The notes: generated by a model not told the origin, from the letters alone. DNA of 64,000 nucleotides from an uncultured delta proteobacterium (GCA_963793865.1 CAWCBP010000008.1:128001-192000), one strand, 5' to 3'. Counted from the first letter of the stretch, positions 44,703 to 55,990 are shown. Program-made: numbers and translations.

Positions 44703-45059
44703 ATGTCAGCAGGAAGAAGCGGTCGAAAGGTTGCGCTGTCTTTATTTTTTGCGATACTGGGAGGCCTTTTCGGCGCAGGGCTGGCCCTGCTCTATGCCCC
44801 GTCCAGCGGGGAACGAACGCGCCATTATCTGAGAGTGCAAAAGGAGTGGGCGCGCAGAAGGGCCGGCATCGTGACCGGGGACATTAAAGAAAGCATGGAT
44901 CGCCTCGTGGCCGAGATGAGGGGGATTACCTCCCGTCTGCTCGAGGGCGGAGCGACCCTGACGCGGGAAACAAAGGCCGACCTTCTGGCGGCGATTGAAG
45001 CCGGTAAAAAGGCCATGGACGAGGAGCGCAGGCGATTGGGCCGCGGTGGTCAAACCTGA
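44703..45059 (+). CDS. YtxH-domain protein
   Basis: GGLFGAGLALLYAPSSGERTR motif. Confidence 0.85.
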   Translation: MSAGRSGRKVALSLFFAILGGLFGAGLALLYAPSSGERTRHYLRVQKEWARRRAGIVTGDIKESMDRLVAEMRGITSRLLEGGATLTRETKADLLAAIEAGKKAMDEERRRLGRGGQT

Positions 45060-45070
45060 GAAGGGTGCGC

Positions 45071-46550
45071 ATGGCACAGGGGCTTAAGATCTTATTTCTT
45101 TCTCCGGAAGCGGTACCCTTCGCCAAAACGGGCGGATTGGGCGATGTTGCCGGCAGTCTTCCCCCGGCCCTGCGGCGGCTGGGCGTGGACGTGCGGGCCG
45201 TTCTTCCCCTCTATGCCATGGTGCGAGCGTCGGGGGCGGAGATGCGGCTCATCCGCGAGGATTTGAAGGTTCCCCTGGGCGGGTCCCTGCTTACCGCCCG
45301 CGTATGGGAAGCGCAGGAGGCTGAAAACACGCCGCTGTACCTTATTGAGCGCGAGGATTTTTTCGGCAGGCCCAACCTGTACGGAACCGCTTCAGGCGAT
45401 TACTACGACAACCTGGAGCGTTTCTCCTTTTACTCGCACGCGGCGCTTCGTCTTGCCGAGGAGCTCTCCTTCGGTCCGGACCTGATCCACTGCCATGACT
45501 GGCAGTCCGGGCTGGTTCCCGCCCTGGTCAGGGGACCTTACCGGCGCAGCGCCTGCGTCGGAGGGGCCCGGACGATGTTTACCATCCACAACCTGGGCTA
45601 CCAGGGCCTTTTCCCCCCTGAAAAGCTGCCGCTGACCGGGCTTTCCCCGGAGGAATATTTCCACATGGAGGGCCTTGAGTATTGGGGCAAGATAAGCCTG
45701 CTGAAAGCGGGCATGGTGTATGCGGATATGATTACCACGGTGAGCCCCACCTACGCGAAGGAAATTCAGACAGAAAGCTACGGCCTGGGCATGGACGGGA
45801 TCTTGCGGGGGAGGAAATCCGCGCTCTTCGGCATTCTGAACGGCGTGGATTACGGGGTCTGGGATCCGGGGCACGATGTCCATCTGCCGGCAAACTATTC
45901 GGTCAGGAAGATGGCGGGAAAACGGGACTGCAAGAAGGCGCTCATCGGGGAAATGAAGCTTGATCCCGCGCTCGGCAGCAGGCCGCTGCTGGGGGTGATA
46001 TCCCGGCTTGATGCCCAAAAGGGCATTGACCTGCTGGTGTCTGCGCTTCCCGGGATTCTCGAGTCTCGGCGCGGGTGTGGTGGTTCTGGGATCAGGAGAC
46101 GCTTCCATCCAGGAGGCATTGAGGAAGGCCGCCCGGGACCATCCCGGACGGGTGGGCCTTACCATCGGCTTTAACGATCCGCTGGCCCACCGCATCATGG
46201 GCGGGACCGATCTGTTTGTGATACCCTCCCGCTATGAGCCCTGCGGCCTTACCCAGATGTACGCCCTGCGCTACGGAACGGTTCCGGTGGTACGGGCAAC
46301 GGGCGGACTGGATGATACCATCATACCCTTCCGCAGGAAAGAAGGAGACGGGAACGGCTTTAAGTTTACCGCTTACCAGCCGCAGGCGCTCCTTGCCGCC
46401 ATCAGTGACGCGGTTGATCTTTTCAGCGACGCCAAAACCTGGAAAAAGCTGCAGACCAACGGAATGAAGGCTGACTTTTCCTGGGACCGGTCAGCTCGCA
46501 GCTATCTTGAGCTTTACCGGTCTGCGCTGAAACCGGCACGGACCGGGTGA
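45071..46550 (+). CDS. glgA: Glycogen synthase; one frameshift at ~46060
   Basis: KTGGLGDV, HCHDWQ, TIHNLGYQG, then PSRYEPCGLTQ and TGGLDDT in a second frame. Confidence 0.93.
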
Positions 46551-46632
46551 CCATACGCTCTCCGTACCGCTTCCCGGGCATCGTCCCCGCGAAAGCAGGG
46601 ATCCCTATCTGTTATATAACGGAATCATGCGA

Positions 46633-46699
46633 TGTGGAGGGCCATGCCCTGTCATGGCCGTAATAAATAATCGGACGCTGCGGAGCGCGTCCTTCCACA
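46633..46699. repeat. REP-like doublet, inverted copy of 4212-4270
   Basis: TGTGGAGGGCCATGCCCTGTCATGGCCG..CGGACGCTGCGGAGCGCGTCCTTCCACA. Confidence 0.7.
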
Positions 46700-46726
46700 A
46701 GAGATCCCTTTTCTAATCAAACACCC

Positions 46727-48139
46727 ATGCCCTCCGGGTGCAGCAGCGTCGTGCGTTATATACTCGTTCCCGAACATCCCTTTCTGCTGTACCAGCTGCC
46801 GGATTTCTCCGGCCAGGCGGATGAGGTTGTCTGTCTGGTAAAGGATGCGTCGTCTTTGCCGGGAGGCCTTCCCTTCAAGGGGAAAATCTTCGCGGGCGAT
46901 CCCGCACAGCAGGAAACCTATCAGGCGCTTGAGATAGGGCCTGATGACAGGGTTATCCTGTGCGCGGTATCACCCGGCATGACGGAGCGGATGCTCCGGG
47001 CGCTGCTGGGCACATGTGCAACCGTCCCGGTGGTGGTGCTGGGAAAGGATGCCCCGGCAGACCGGCAGATGCAGCGTTACAATGTATCCTACGTATGTGC
47101 CGAAATGCTTTTGGGGAAAACCATCCGGGAGGAGTGGCAGCACATCAGGAACAGGGAGCAGACCGAAAAGATCAGGGAGCTTGCCCGGGGAGCTAAAAAC
47201 ATGCTTATCCTTACCCAGCATGATCCTGATCCGGATGCGCTGGCAAGCGGCATGGCCTTGCGAACCCTTTTGGGAAGAAACCTCGCTACCACCCCGCTCG
47301 GTTCTCTGGGCGGGGTGACGCGAAGTGAAAATCTGAAAATGATCCGGCACTTGGACATACGATTGACCCCACTGGAGCCGCAGTCGCTAAGCAAGTATTC
47401 TGTTATTGCCCTGGTTGATGTGCAGCCCCCTTATTTCGGCGATGCCCTGCCGAGGGCCGACATTGTGTTTGATCATCATCCCCGGGTCGCAGACTACGCC
47501 TGTTCCTTTGAGGATATCAGGGAGGACTACGGTGCCACCTCGACCATCCTGAGTGAATATCTGATTGCCAACGGCATCAAGTTTAACCAGCGGCTGGCAA
47601 CGGCACTGCTTTACGGTATCAAGTCCGACACCCTGATGCTGGGAAGGGAGGCTCACGCCGCTGATGTACAGGTTTTTACCACCCTCTATCCCCTGGCCAA
47701 TCACGATCTCTTGCGCCGCATAGAATATCCCTCCCTTAACCCCGAAGAGGTCAGTGCTTTTGCCAGGGCATTGCAAAAACACCGGCTGATCAACAGGGTG
47801 GTTTTTACCCATCTGGGGAGGGTGCGGCGGGATGACATCATACCCAGGCTGGCTGATTTCTGCCTGCAGATGGACGGTGCCGAGTGGTCGGTGGTGTCAG
47901 GCCTTTTTCAGCGCCGGGTGATCATATCGGTGAGAAATGCCGGGTATGTGAAAAGCGCCGGCGAGGTGGTACAGATGGTGTTCCCTGATCCTGAGACTGC
48001 CGGGGGCCACCGCACCATGGCCAAAGTGAATATCTCCTGGGTTGATTTTAAGAAGCTGTTTCAGATTCGCTCGGCTGCGGCGGTTGCGGATAGTATCATC
48101 GGCGCTTTTTTAAGAAGCATCGAAGAGGATAAGCATTAG
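46727..48139 (+). CDS. DHH/DHHA1 phosphoesterase with an N-terminal RCK/TrkA-N-like domain
   Basis: HDPDPDALAS, VD, DHH, GIKSDT and AGGH motifs; N-terminal IFAGDP..Y..LEI resembles the RCK GD motif but lacks GxGxxG. Confidence 0.85.
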   Translation: MPSGCSSVVRYILVPEHPFLLYQLPDFSGQADEVVCLVKDASSLPGGLPFKGKIFAGDPAQQETYQALEIGPDDRVILCAVSPGMTERMLRALLGTCATVPVVVLGKDAPADRQMQRYNVSYVCAEMLLGKTIREEWQHIRNREQTEKIRELARGAKNMLILTQHDPDPDALASGMALRTLLGRNLATTPLGSLGGVTRSENLKMIRHLDIRLTPLEPQSLSKYSVIALVDVQPPYFGDALPRADIVFDHHPRVADYACSFEDIREDYGATSTILSEYLIANGIKFNQRLATALLYGIKSDTLMLGREAHAADVQVFTTLYPLANHDLLRRIEYPSLNPEEVSAFARALQKHRLINRVVFTHLGRVRRDDIIPRLADFCLQMDGAEWSVVSGLFQRRVIISVRNAGYVKSAGEVVQMVFPDPETAGGHRTMAKVNISWVDFKKLFQIRSAAAVADSIIGAFLRSIEEDKH

Positions 48140-48296
48140 CAGGCTGTTGAAAAACACCCATCCCCTGCGTTACACGCTCATCCTTCGTCATTGCAGCGTA
48201 CTTGCATGTACGCCTCATTCCTCAGTATTTCGCGTGCCTTGCATCTGGATGTTTTTGAACAGCCTGGTAAAAGTTACTTTTTCAACAACCTGCTAG
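48137..48296. mobile_element. ~160-bp MITE starting at the TAG stop of the DHH gene
   Basis: TAGCAGGCTGTTGAAAAA / TTTTTCAACAACCTGCTAG terminal IRs. Confidence 0.8.
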
Positions 48297-48322
48297 GAAC
48301 GTGCAGTGAGAAAGCACCGGCC

Positions 48323-49813
48323 ATGAACTACATTTTTAACATATCCGAATTTTTTGCGACCGTCCGCTGGCATGACTGGCTGGACATCGGCATCGTCGCC
48401 TTTCTGCTGTACCGGTGCTTCGTCCTCTTCTGGGGCACCCTGGTGTTTCGGGCCATCATCGGGGTGACCCTGCTCTGGGTTTTCGACCTTATTGCCAACA
48501 CCCTGGGCATGATTGTTACCAGCCTCATTCTCAGGGGTATCGGGGCCATCATCGTCATCATCGTGGTGGTGATTTTCAGGAATGAAATTCGCGGGGTGGT
48601 GGTCAGCACCAGCCCACTCAACCTGTTTTGGGGAAAGCCCCGCAGAAAAAAGGTTTTTGACTACCATGCCGTTTCGGAGGCAATCTTCGCCCTGGCCGAA
48701 AAGCGGGTCGGCGCGCTGGTGGTGTTTACCAGGATGACCAGCGTGGACCACCTCATTCAGGACGGCGTGCGGCTGGCGGCGAACTTCAGCCGGGAGCTCC
48801 TGTTCAGCATCTTTGATCACGGCTCGGTGCTCCATGACGGCGCGGTCATCATGGACGGCAGCCGGATAGCCGTTGCCGCGGCCTTCCTGCCCCTGACCAT
48901 GCAGGGATCGCTCCCCCTGAAGTACGGCACCAGGCATCGCGCCGCGCTGGGCCTTTCAGAGCGGTCGGATGCCGTGATCGCGGTGGTTTCTGAGGAGCGG
49001 GGCGAGGTATCGCTGGCGTGCGGCGGCAGCCTGAAGACGGTTGCCGACGGGGAACAGCTTTCAGCCCGGCTCAAGGAGCTTATCGAGGGCGAGTCAAAGA
49101 AGGCCGGTTTCGCCGGGCCCCTGAAAAAGGCCGTGCTTGATGCGGCGGTCAAGATCTCCTTTTTGCTGCTGGCGATCTTCATCTGGTTCTTTTTCGCGGG
49201 GGAGAAGGAATCGGTCATATCCTACACCGCGCCCATCGAATTCAGAAATCTGCCCAAATCGTTTGAGCTGATGAGCGTCTCCGCCGACCGGGCGGAGGTG
49301 CAGGTCGCCGGGAGCCGCCGCCTCATCCTGCAATTGAAACCCGAAGAGATCAGTCTTTCTCTTAACCTGGCCGACAGCACGCCGGGGAAGAACAATTACC
49401 CGCTGACGCGGAAGAACATTGCCCTGCCGCCGGGATTCAATGTTATCAAGATCAATCCCCATGAGCTGGCCGTGGTGATGGAGGAGCGGGAGACGAAAAC
49501 GGTGGAGGTCATCCCCCAGTGGACGGGGATCCTGCCCGAGGGGAAAAAGCTGGTTTCTTCGCGGCTGACACCGGATCGGGTGGTTGTGTTTGGCGCCCCG
49601 TCGGTTCTGAAGGCCATCATCAGCGTTAAAACAGAGCCCATTGACCTTTCAGGGGCAGAGAAGACGGATACGATTGAAGCGGCCGTTATCCTTCCGACCG
49701 CGTCGGTTTCCCTTGCCCCGGGAGCTCCGCCCAGGGTAAAGGTGGACCGGGAAATTGCCGACACCGCCGAAAAGCCGGCAAAGAAAAAACAAAAAGCGGA
49801 GAAAGCACCCTAG
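48323..49813 (+). CDS. cdaA: Diadenylate cyclase CdaA fused to CdaR/YbbR domains
   Basis: Three TM helices; HDGA, GTRHRAA and VSEE DAC motifs; a further TM and two YbbR-like repeats. Confidence 0.9.
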   Translation: MNYIFNISEFFATVRWHDWLDIGIVAFLLYRCFVLFWGTLVFRAIIGVTLLWVFDLIANTLGMIVTSLILRGIGAIIVIIVVVIFRNEIRGVVVSTSPLNLFWGKPRRKKVFDYHAVSEAIFALAEKRVGALVVFTRMTSVDHLIQDGVRLAANFSRELLFSIFDHGSVLHDGAVIMDGSRIAVAAAFLPLTMQGSLPLKYGTRHRAALGLSERSDAVIAVVSEERGEVSLACGGSLKTVADGEQLSARLKELIEGESKKAGFAGPLKKAVLDAAVKISFLLLAIFIWFFFAGEKESVISYTAPIEFRNLPKSFELMSVSADRAEVQVAGSRRLILQLKPEEISLSLNLADSTPGKNNYPLTRKNIALPPGFNVIKINPHELAVVMEERETKTVEVIPQWTGILPEGKKLVSSRLTPDRVVVFGAPSVLKAIISVKTEPIDLSGAEKTDTIEAAVILPTASVSLAPGAPPRVKVDREIADTAEKPAKKKQKAEKAP

Positions 49814-49840
49814 CAGACAACAGAAGGAGGGGAGACGGTT

Positions 49841-50923
49841 ATGGAGCGCTACGTACAAAAGAGATCACGCAAATCAGGGCTGCCTCCGGGCACGCTCGTC
49901 CACATCGGGGCGAAGCGGGAGGAGAAGGCGCTGATCACCTTCATGAACTACGATGAATCCGGGATGAGCGAAAAGGAGGTGCAAAGCATCGAAGAATGCT
50001 TCTTTTTGCGGGACCTGCCGATGGTGAGCTGGATCAATATCGATGGCGTTCACCAGGTTGAGCTGATCGAGAAACTGGGAACCCACTTTAACCTTCATCC
50101 CCTGGTGCTTGAGGATATTGCCAACACCGGCCAGCGTCCCAAGCTGGAGGATTACGGGGATTACCTCTTTATCGTGCTGAAAATGCTCTACCACGGCAGG
50201 AGAAACGACCTGATTGAAGCGGAACAGCTCTGCCTGGTTGTCGGTCCCCACTATGTTATTACCTTTCAGGAAAAACCGGGGGACGTATTTGACCCCGTCC
50301 GGGAGCGCATCAGGAATGGTAAAGGACGCACCCGCAGGATGGGGGCGGATTACCTGGCCTATGCATTGATTGACGCCATCGTTGATGATTATTTCGCCAT
50401 ACTTGAGCACTACGGCGAGCGGATCGAGGCGGTCGAGGAAAAACTGGTTAACCATCCCACGCCTGATAATCTGCGCGCCATTCACCGGCTCAAGAGCGAG
50501 ATGATATTTTTGCGCAAGTCGGTGTGGCCGCTCCGGGAGGTGATCACCGTCCTGGAACGGGGTGAATCACCGCTGATACAGCAGCCAACCACCGTCTATC
50601 TGAGGGACGTCTACGATCACACCGTCCATATTATCGATACGGTGGAAACCTTCCGGGACCTGATATCGGGCATGCTGGAAACCTACCTCTCGAGCATGAG
50701 CAACCGCATGAACGAGGTGATGAAGGTGCTGACCATCATCGCCACCATATTCATGCCGCTAACCTTCATCGTGGGCATCTACGGCATGAATTTCAATACC
50801 GCTGCTTCGCCGCTTAACATGCCGGAGCTTAATTGGAAATACGGCTACCCGGCGTCAATCGCCGTCATGGCGCTGGTGGCGCTGGGCATGATCTGGTATT
50901 TTAAGAAGAAGAAATGGTTTTGA
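49841..50923 (+). CDS. corA: Magnesium/cobalt transporter
   Basis: QRPKLE, MNEVMKVLT, YGMNF and MPEL motifs. Confidence 0.96.
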   Translation: MERYVQKRSRKSGLPPGTLVHIGAKREEKALITFMNYDESGMSEKEVQSIEECFFLRDLPMVSWINIDGVHQVELIEKLGTHFNLHPLVLEDIANTGQRPKLEDYGDYLFIVLKMLYHGRRNDLIEAEQLCLVVGPHYVITFQEKPGDVFDPVRERIRNGKGRTRRMGADYLAYALIDAIVDDYFAILEHYGERIEAVEEKLVNHPTPDNLRAIHRLKSEMIFLRKSVWPLREVITVLERGESPLIQQPTTVYLRDVYDHTVHIIDTVETFRDLISGMLETYLSSMSNRMNEVMKVLTIIATIFMPLTFIVGIYGMNFNTAASPLNMPELNWKYGYPASIAVMALVALGMIWYFKKKKWF

Positions 50924-50972
50924 GCGGGATCTGACTAAAATTCATGCAATTCCTCAGGGAAAGGAGACCAGC

Positions 50973-51494
50973 ATGGAATACATTTCTCCCCGGGAAGCTC
51001 TGGCAAAAGTGAAAGCAGAACAGGCGCGGCTCATCGACGTCCGCACCCCCGCCGAATACCGGGCCATCCGCGCGGCAGGCGCTGAACATCATGAGCTGAG
51101 CAAGCTGAATGACGAGTATATTGATCGTACACTGCTCGCGGGAGGAGCAGAGAGACCGCTGCTCATGCTCTGCAAGTCGGGCAAGCGTGCCGCGCAGGCG
51201 GCGAAATTGATCGAGGGCAGAACCAGGGCGCCGGTGCTGGTGGTGGAGGGCGGGACTGATTTGTGGGATGAGCAGAAATTGCCGGTGGAAAAAGGCGAGG
51301 CGGTCATGAGCCTGGAGCGGCAGGTGCGCATAGCGGCAGGCAGTTTGGTGCTCATCGGCACGCTGGCCGGCTTCTTTTCACATCAGGCCTTCCTGGTAGT
51401 GCCGGCATTCGTGGGGGCAGGACTGGTGTTCGCCGGGGTCACCGATACCTGCGCCATGGGCATGCTTCTGGCAAAAATGCCCTGGAACAAGTGA
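50973..51494 (+). CDS. Rhodanese with DUF2892 membrane domain (YgaP-like)
   Basis: IDVRTPAEY, CKSGKR, LERQVRIAAG and MPWN motifs. Confidence 0.9.
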   Translation: MEYISPREALAKVKAEQARLIDVRTPAEYRAIRAAGAEHHELSKLNDEYIDRTLLAGGAERPLLMLCKSGKRAAQAAKLIEGRTRAPVLVVEGGTDLWDEQKLPVEKGEAVMSLERQVRIAAGSLVLIGTLAGFFSHQAFLVVPAFVGAGLVFAGVTDTCAMGMLLAKMPWNK

Positions 51495-51552
51495 AATGAG
51501 CCGGTGAGGAACCCTGTTTATGATATAAAATAAGCACCTGATTCATTACGCA

Positions 51553-51590
51553 TAACCCCTTAGCACTCAATTCTGAGGGGGTTTTTTATT
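51553..51590 (+). terminator. Intrinsic terminator
   Basis: AACCCCTTAG / CTGAGGGGGTT stem followed by a T-run. Confidence 0.65.
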
Positions 51591-51760
51591 GCGCTTGCAA
51601 TGGCCTTCGATCGCTGCAGGAAAGTGCTAAAGCTTTTTTGGGAAATTTCGATAAAAAAACATTGATACCATAGGATTTTAACCGCAGTGCAGGCTGGGAA
51701 AGCACAACCAAGAACAGTTGATCCATCTTATAAAATGTTTATCGAGCGGGAGGGACTAGA

Positions 51761-53893
51761 GTGAAGCTGGCATATACCCAAAAGAGGGAGTGGGTCGATT
51801 TGTTCATGGTGTTGGCGGTGTCATTTGTGTTTACACTCATCAGCCTGTCGATCAATTTCATTGATAAGATGTACAAGTATTTTTATGCTCTAACCCGCTA
51901 CCCGGTTGCTGAATTTGTCATCAATCTGGTGTTCCTGTGGCTCATAGGCCTGCTCTGGATAACCTATCGTCATTGGCAGAGGGCGTAACAGGGGCAACGG
52001 GAGCTGGAAGATACCATTTCAAGCATCAATCCTGATGTGCTGATGGTCGTCGACGGCAACCGGAAGGTCATTTTGTGTAATGCGCCGGTACGGCAAATGT
52101 TCGGATATGCAGCGGAGGAAATCATTAATAAGCCTACCGACTGGCTCTTCAGCGATAGAGAACTGTGCGCCCCGGATAATCCGGATATGCATGACGGCCC
52201 GGATAATGACGGTTTCCAAAGGGCATTTGCTACGGGGAAGAGGAAAAGCGGGGAAACGTTCGGGCTTGAAATAATTACCGCCAGACTGCGTAACCGGGAA
52301 GGCGCGGTGCTGTTATTAAAAGATGTTAATGATCGGAAGCGGGCTGAAGACGCAGTAAAACTTTCCGAGGAAAAATATCAGCGCCTGATCGAGAACGCCA
52401 ATGACGGGATTGTTTCAATGGACAACGAGGGGCTGATAATCGGCTTTAATAAAAAGGCCGAGGATATTTTCGGTTGTACCCAGAAAGAGGTTATGGGGAA
52501 ACCGGTCTTTCTCCTGTTCCCGGAGGAAGAAAGAGACGGGGACATGGAAGTATTTAAACAATTTAAAACAACCGGCGAACTGGGGTTGCTCGGTAAAACC
52601 ATCGAGCGGGACGGGTTGCGAAAGGACGGCAGGAGGGTTTCTTTAGAGGCAACCCTGTCCGTCTCCGGAGCGAAAGAAAAAAGTATTATAACGGCAATTT
52701 TGCGAGACATAACCGAGCGCAGGAAGATAGAACAGCAGCTCTCGCAGTCTGAAAAATTGCGATCGCTGGGAGAACTGGCAGGAGGCGTGGCCCATGAATT
52801 CAATAATGTGCTGGCGGCGATCCTGGGCAGGGTCCAGCTTTTGAAGCTCCAGCTTGAGCCGCCTCTCTCGCCGGAGGAAAGGCAGAAGTTGCTGCTTGAT
52901 CTGCTGCGGAGCCTGGACATTATTGAGAAAGCGTCCTTTGACGGGGCCCAGGGGGTAAAGAGGATCCAGGAATTTTCACGCAAGCGGACCGATGACCGCG
53001 ATTTTAAAGCGATTAACATTAATGAGTTGCTTGATAATGCGCTCGAATTCACCCAGATGCGGTGGAAAAATGATGCCGAGACAAAAGGCATCACTGTGGC
53101 CATTCACAAGGAGTATGCAGATCTTCCCACCACGACCGGCAGCGCATCGGAAATACGGGAGGTATTCACCAACATAATCAACAATGCGCTTGATGCCATG
53201 CCTGACGGGGGAAGCATTACCATCAGGACATGCAGGGAGGACGATCATATCTGCATAAAAATAGCGGACACGGGGGCCGGCATTCCTGAAATGATTCGCA
53301 ACCGCATATTTGACCCCTTCTTCACTACCAAGGGCGTTCAGTCAACAGGGTTGGGCATGAGCGTCTCGTACGGGATTATCAGTCGCCATCACGGCAGCAT
53401 CGCGGTGGACAGCACTGAAGGGAACGGGACCGCCTTCACTGTGAAAATTCCCATCACCCGGGAGATGTCGCATGAGAAACCTTTATTAAAAACGGAAGCA
53501 GAGAAGAACAGGAAGGCACGGATTCTGGTCATAGAGGACGAGGACGATGTGCGCCAGCTGCTCTTTGATATCCTGAGCAGTGAGGGGCATGAGGTTGAGG
53601 TGGCTTCCGACGGAATTCAGGGACTGGATTTGTTTAAGGAGAGAGATTTTGATCTGGTGTGCACCGACCTGGGCATGCCGAAAGTGTCGGGCTGGCAGGT
53701 GGCCGAAGAAATCAAGCGTATCGGCAGAAAGGTGCCTGTCGCCATTATTACGGGATGGGATGTGAATATCATGGAATCAGAGCTGAAAGAAAAGGCGGTA
53801 AATTTTGTGATTCAGAAACCATTCCAGGTTAAGCAGGTTTTAAGCCTGGTCAAGGAAGGCGTTACCTTGATGGACCGGTTTAAAGCAGCCTGA
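51761..53893 (+). CDS. Hybrid histidine kinase (2 TM, 2 PAS, HisKA, HATPase, REC) with an in-frame TAA at 51986-51988
   Basis: VAHEFNN, NALDAM, DTGAG, FFTTK, GLGM and REC D/K residues; the 75-aa TM ORF is in the same frame as the kinase ORF. Confidence 0.88.
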
Positions 53894-53956
53894 TAAGTGC
53901 AAACCGGCAATAAAACTGACGTCGTCTCCGGCAGCAGTATCTTTCCCCGTTTCAAT

Positions 53957-53990
53957 TCCCCTTCAGTATCCGGTGCTGAAGGGGTTTTTT
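53957..53990 (+). terminator. Intrinsic terminator
   Basis: CCCCTTCAG / CTGAAGGGG stem followed by TTTTTT. Confidence 0.75.
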
Positions 53991-54184
53991 ACGCTCGCTT
54001 CGCTTGCACGCGCATGCTTTTATTACATTCCGGCGGTGAAAATAATCTTTTCAATCGAGGGCAGTTCTGATAGATTCAAATGTAGCCTGTGACAGCGGGA
54101 TACGTTCCAGTTTGATGCTGCGGGTGAACTGCCGGCATCAGCGGCGAAAAAATTTTGATGGTTTATTTTCTGAGAGAAAGTACG

Positions 54185-55972
54185 ATGACACGGATTAAAG
54201 ATTTGCAGCTCATGGCCAACAAATTGAGAATCGCCTCGCTTGTGTCCACCACGGAAGCGGGATCGGGGCATCCCAGCTCATGCCTTTCCTGCGCCGAAAT
54301 CGTGAGCGCCCTGTTTTTCTCGGTCATGGGGCCTGACGATGAATTCATCCTCTCCAAGGGGCATGCGGCCCCCATTCTCTGGGCCGCCTACGCGGAGGCG
54401 GGATTCATCGACGCGGGCGAACTGGCGAACCTGCGAAAGATCGGGAGCGTACTGGAAGGGCACCCCACGGCACGAATGCCGCTGATAAAGATTGCCACCG
54501 GGAGCCTGGGACAGGGATTATCCGCGGGCGTGGGCATGGCGCTGGCGAAACGGCTGAAGGGAAGCACCGGCAGGGTCTATGTGCTGCTCGGAGACGGCGA
54601 ATGCGCGGAAGGCGCCATATGGGAGGCCGCCAACAGCGCCTCCCATTACGAGCTGGCGTCGCTCTGCGCCATGGTTGATGCCAATCGCCTCGGCCAGTCG
54701 GGGCCGACCATGCACCAGCACGACCTCGCGCACTACGCAAAAAAATTCGAGGCCTTCGGCTGGGACGCGCTGGTGGTGGACGGACATGACATGCAGGAGG
54801 TGCTTGACGCGTTCAAGCACGCGGGGAGCTGCAGCAGGCCCTGCGCCATCATTGCTAAAACGATCAAGGGGAAAGGGGTCTCGATCCTGGAAAACAGCGG
54901 GGGGTGGCACGGCAAACCGTTGAGCCGGGCCCAGCTTGAAACGGCCCTGGGCGAAATCGGGGCGGCTGATGTCAGGCTGCCGTCGCGCGTCACTTCCATG
55001 CCCGTCAGCCATATGCCATCCGGTTTTGAGCCGGGCATCTACCGAAAGGATGAAATGCTTTCCACGCGCGAGGCCTTCGGCAGGGCACTGGTCAGGCTGG
55101 GAAGGACCGACTCCACCGCGGTTGCGCTCGACGCGGATGTCATGAACTCGACCATGACCGAGGGATTCTTCAGGGAATTTCCTGAACGGGGATTCCAGAC
55201 CTTCATTGCCGAGCAGAACATGGCCGGCATGGCGGCGGGCTTTTCCGCCCTGGGGTTCAAGCCTTTTGTTGCCACCTTCGCCTCCTTCCTGACGCGCGCC
55301 TATGATTTCATCAGGATGGCGCAGTATTCGCGGTCGAACATAAAGTTTGCCGGATCCCACGCCGGCATAAGCATCGGAGCGGACGGCCCGTCGCAGATGG
55401 GCCTCGAGGACATCCCCATGTTTCTGTCAATGCCGGACGCGGTTGTTGTATATCCCTGCGATGCCGTTTCCGCGGAGCATCTGGTGAGCGCGATGGCAGG
55501 GCACACGGGCATCTCCTACATCAGGCTGACGCGGGACAAAACGCCGGTGATCTATGACAGTTCTGAAACCTTTCCTGTCGGTGGGCTCAAGGTGCTGCGC
55601 GCGGATGAGCGGGATTGCGCCCTGATCGTTGCCGCGGGCATAACCGTCCATGAGGCCCTCAAGGCCCACGAGATGGCGAAGGGGAAAGGTCTTCTCACCA
55701 GGATTGTTGACCTCTATTCCATCAAGCCGTTTGACGCGGAGGCGCTGGCAAGCCACGCCGGGGCCTGTCACGGCAATGTTATTGTCGTCGAGGACCATTA
55801 CTGCGGCGCCATCGGCACGCTCGTCTCCTCCGCGGTGGGTACGCTGTGCTCCCTGTGCGTGAAAGAAATACCCCGGTCGGGGCAGCGGGATGAGCTGCTT
55901 GCTGCGTACGGCATAGATGCATTGGCCATTGTCAGCGAGGTGGAGCGGATGTGCTCCCGGCGGCGGAAATAA
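54185..55972 (+). CDS. tkt: Transketolase (short ~600-aa type)
   Basis: SGHPSS, LSKGHAAP, GSLGQGL, GDGE, IAEQNM and DGPSQMG motifs. Confidence 0.92.
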   Translation: MTRIKDLQLMANKLRIASLVSTTEAGSGHPSSCLSCAEIVSALFFSVMGPDDEFILSKGHAAPILWAAYAEAGFIDAGELANLRKIGSVLEGHPTARMPLIKIATGSLGQGLSAGVGMALAKRLKGSTGRVYVLLGDGECAEGAIWEAANSASHYELASLCAMVDANRLGQSGPTMHQHDLAHYAKKFEAFGWDALVVDGHDMQEVLDAFKHAGSCSRPCAIIAKTIKGKGVSILENSGGWHGKPLSRAQLETALGEIGAADVRLPSRVTSMPVSHMPSGFEPGIYRKDEMLSTREAFGRALVRLGRTDSTAVALDADVMNSTMTEGFFREFPERGFQTFIAEQNMAGMAAGFSALGFKPFVATFASFLTRAYDFIRMAQYSRSNIKFAGSHAGISIGADGPSQMGLEDIPMFLSMPDAVVVYPCDAVSAEHLVSAMAGHTGISYIRLTRDKTPVIYDSSETFPVGGLKVLRADERDCALIVAAGITVHEALKAHEMAKGKGLLTRIVDLYSIKPFDAEALASHAGACHGNVIVVEDHYCGAIGTLVSSAVGTLCSLCVKEIPRSGQRDELLAAYGIDALAIVSEVERMCSRRRK

Positions 55973-55990
55973 AAGCAAGGAGGAAATATT

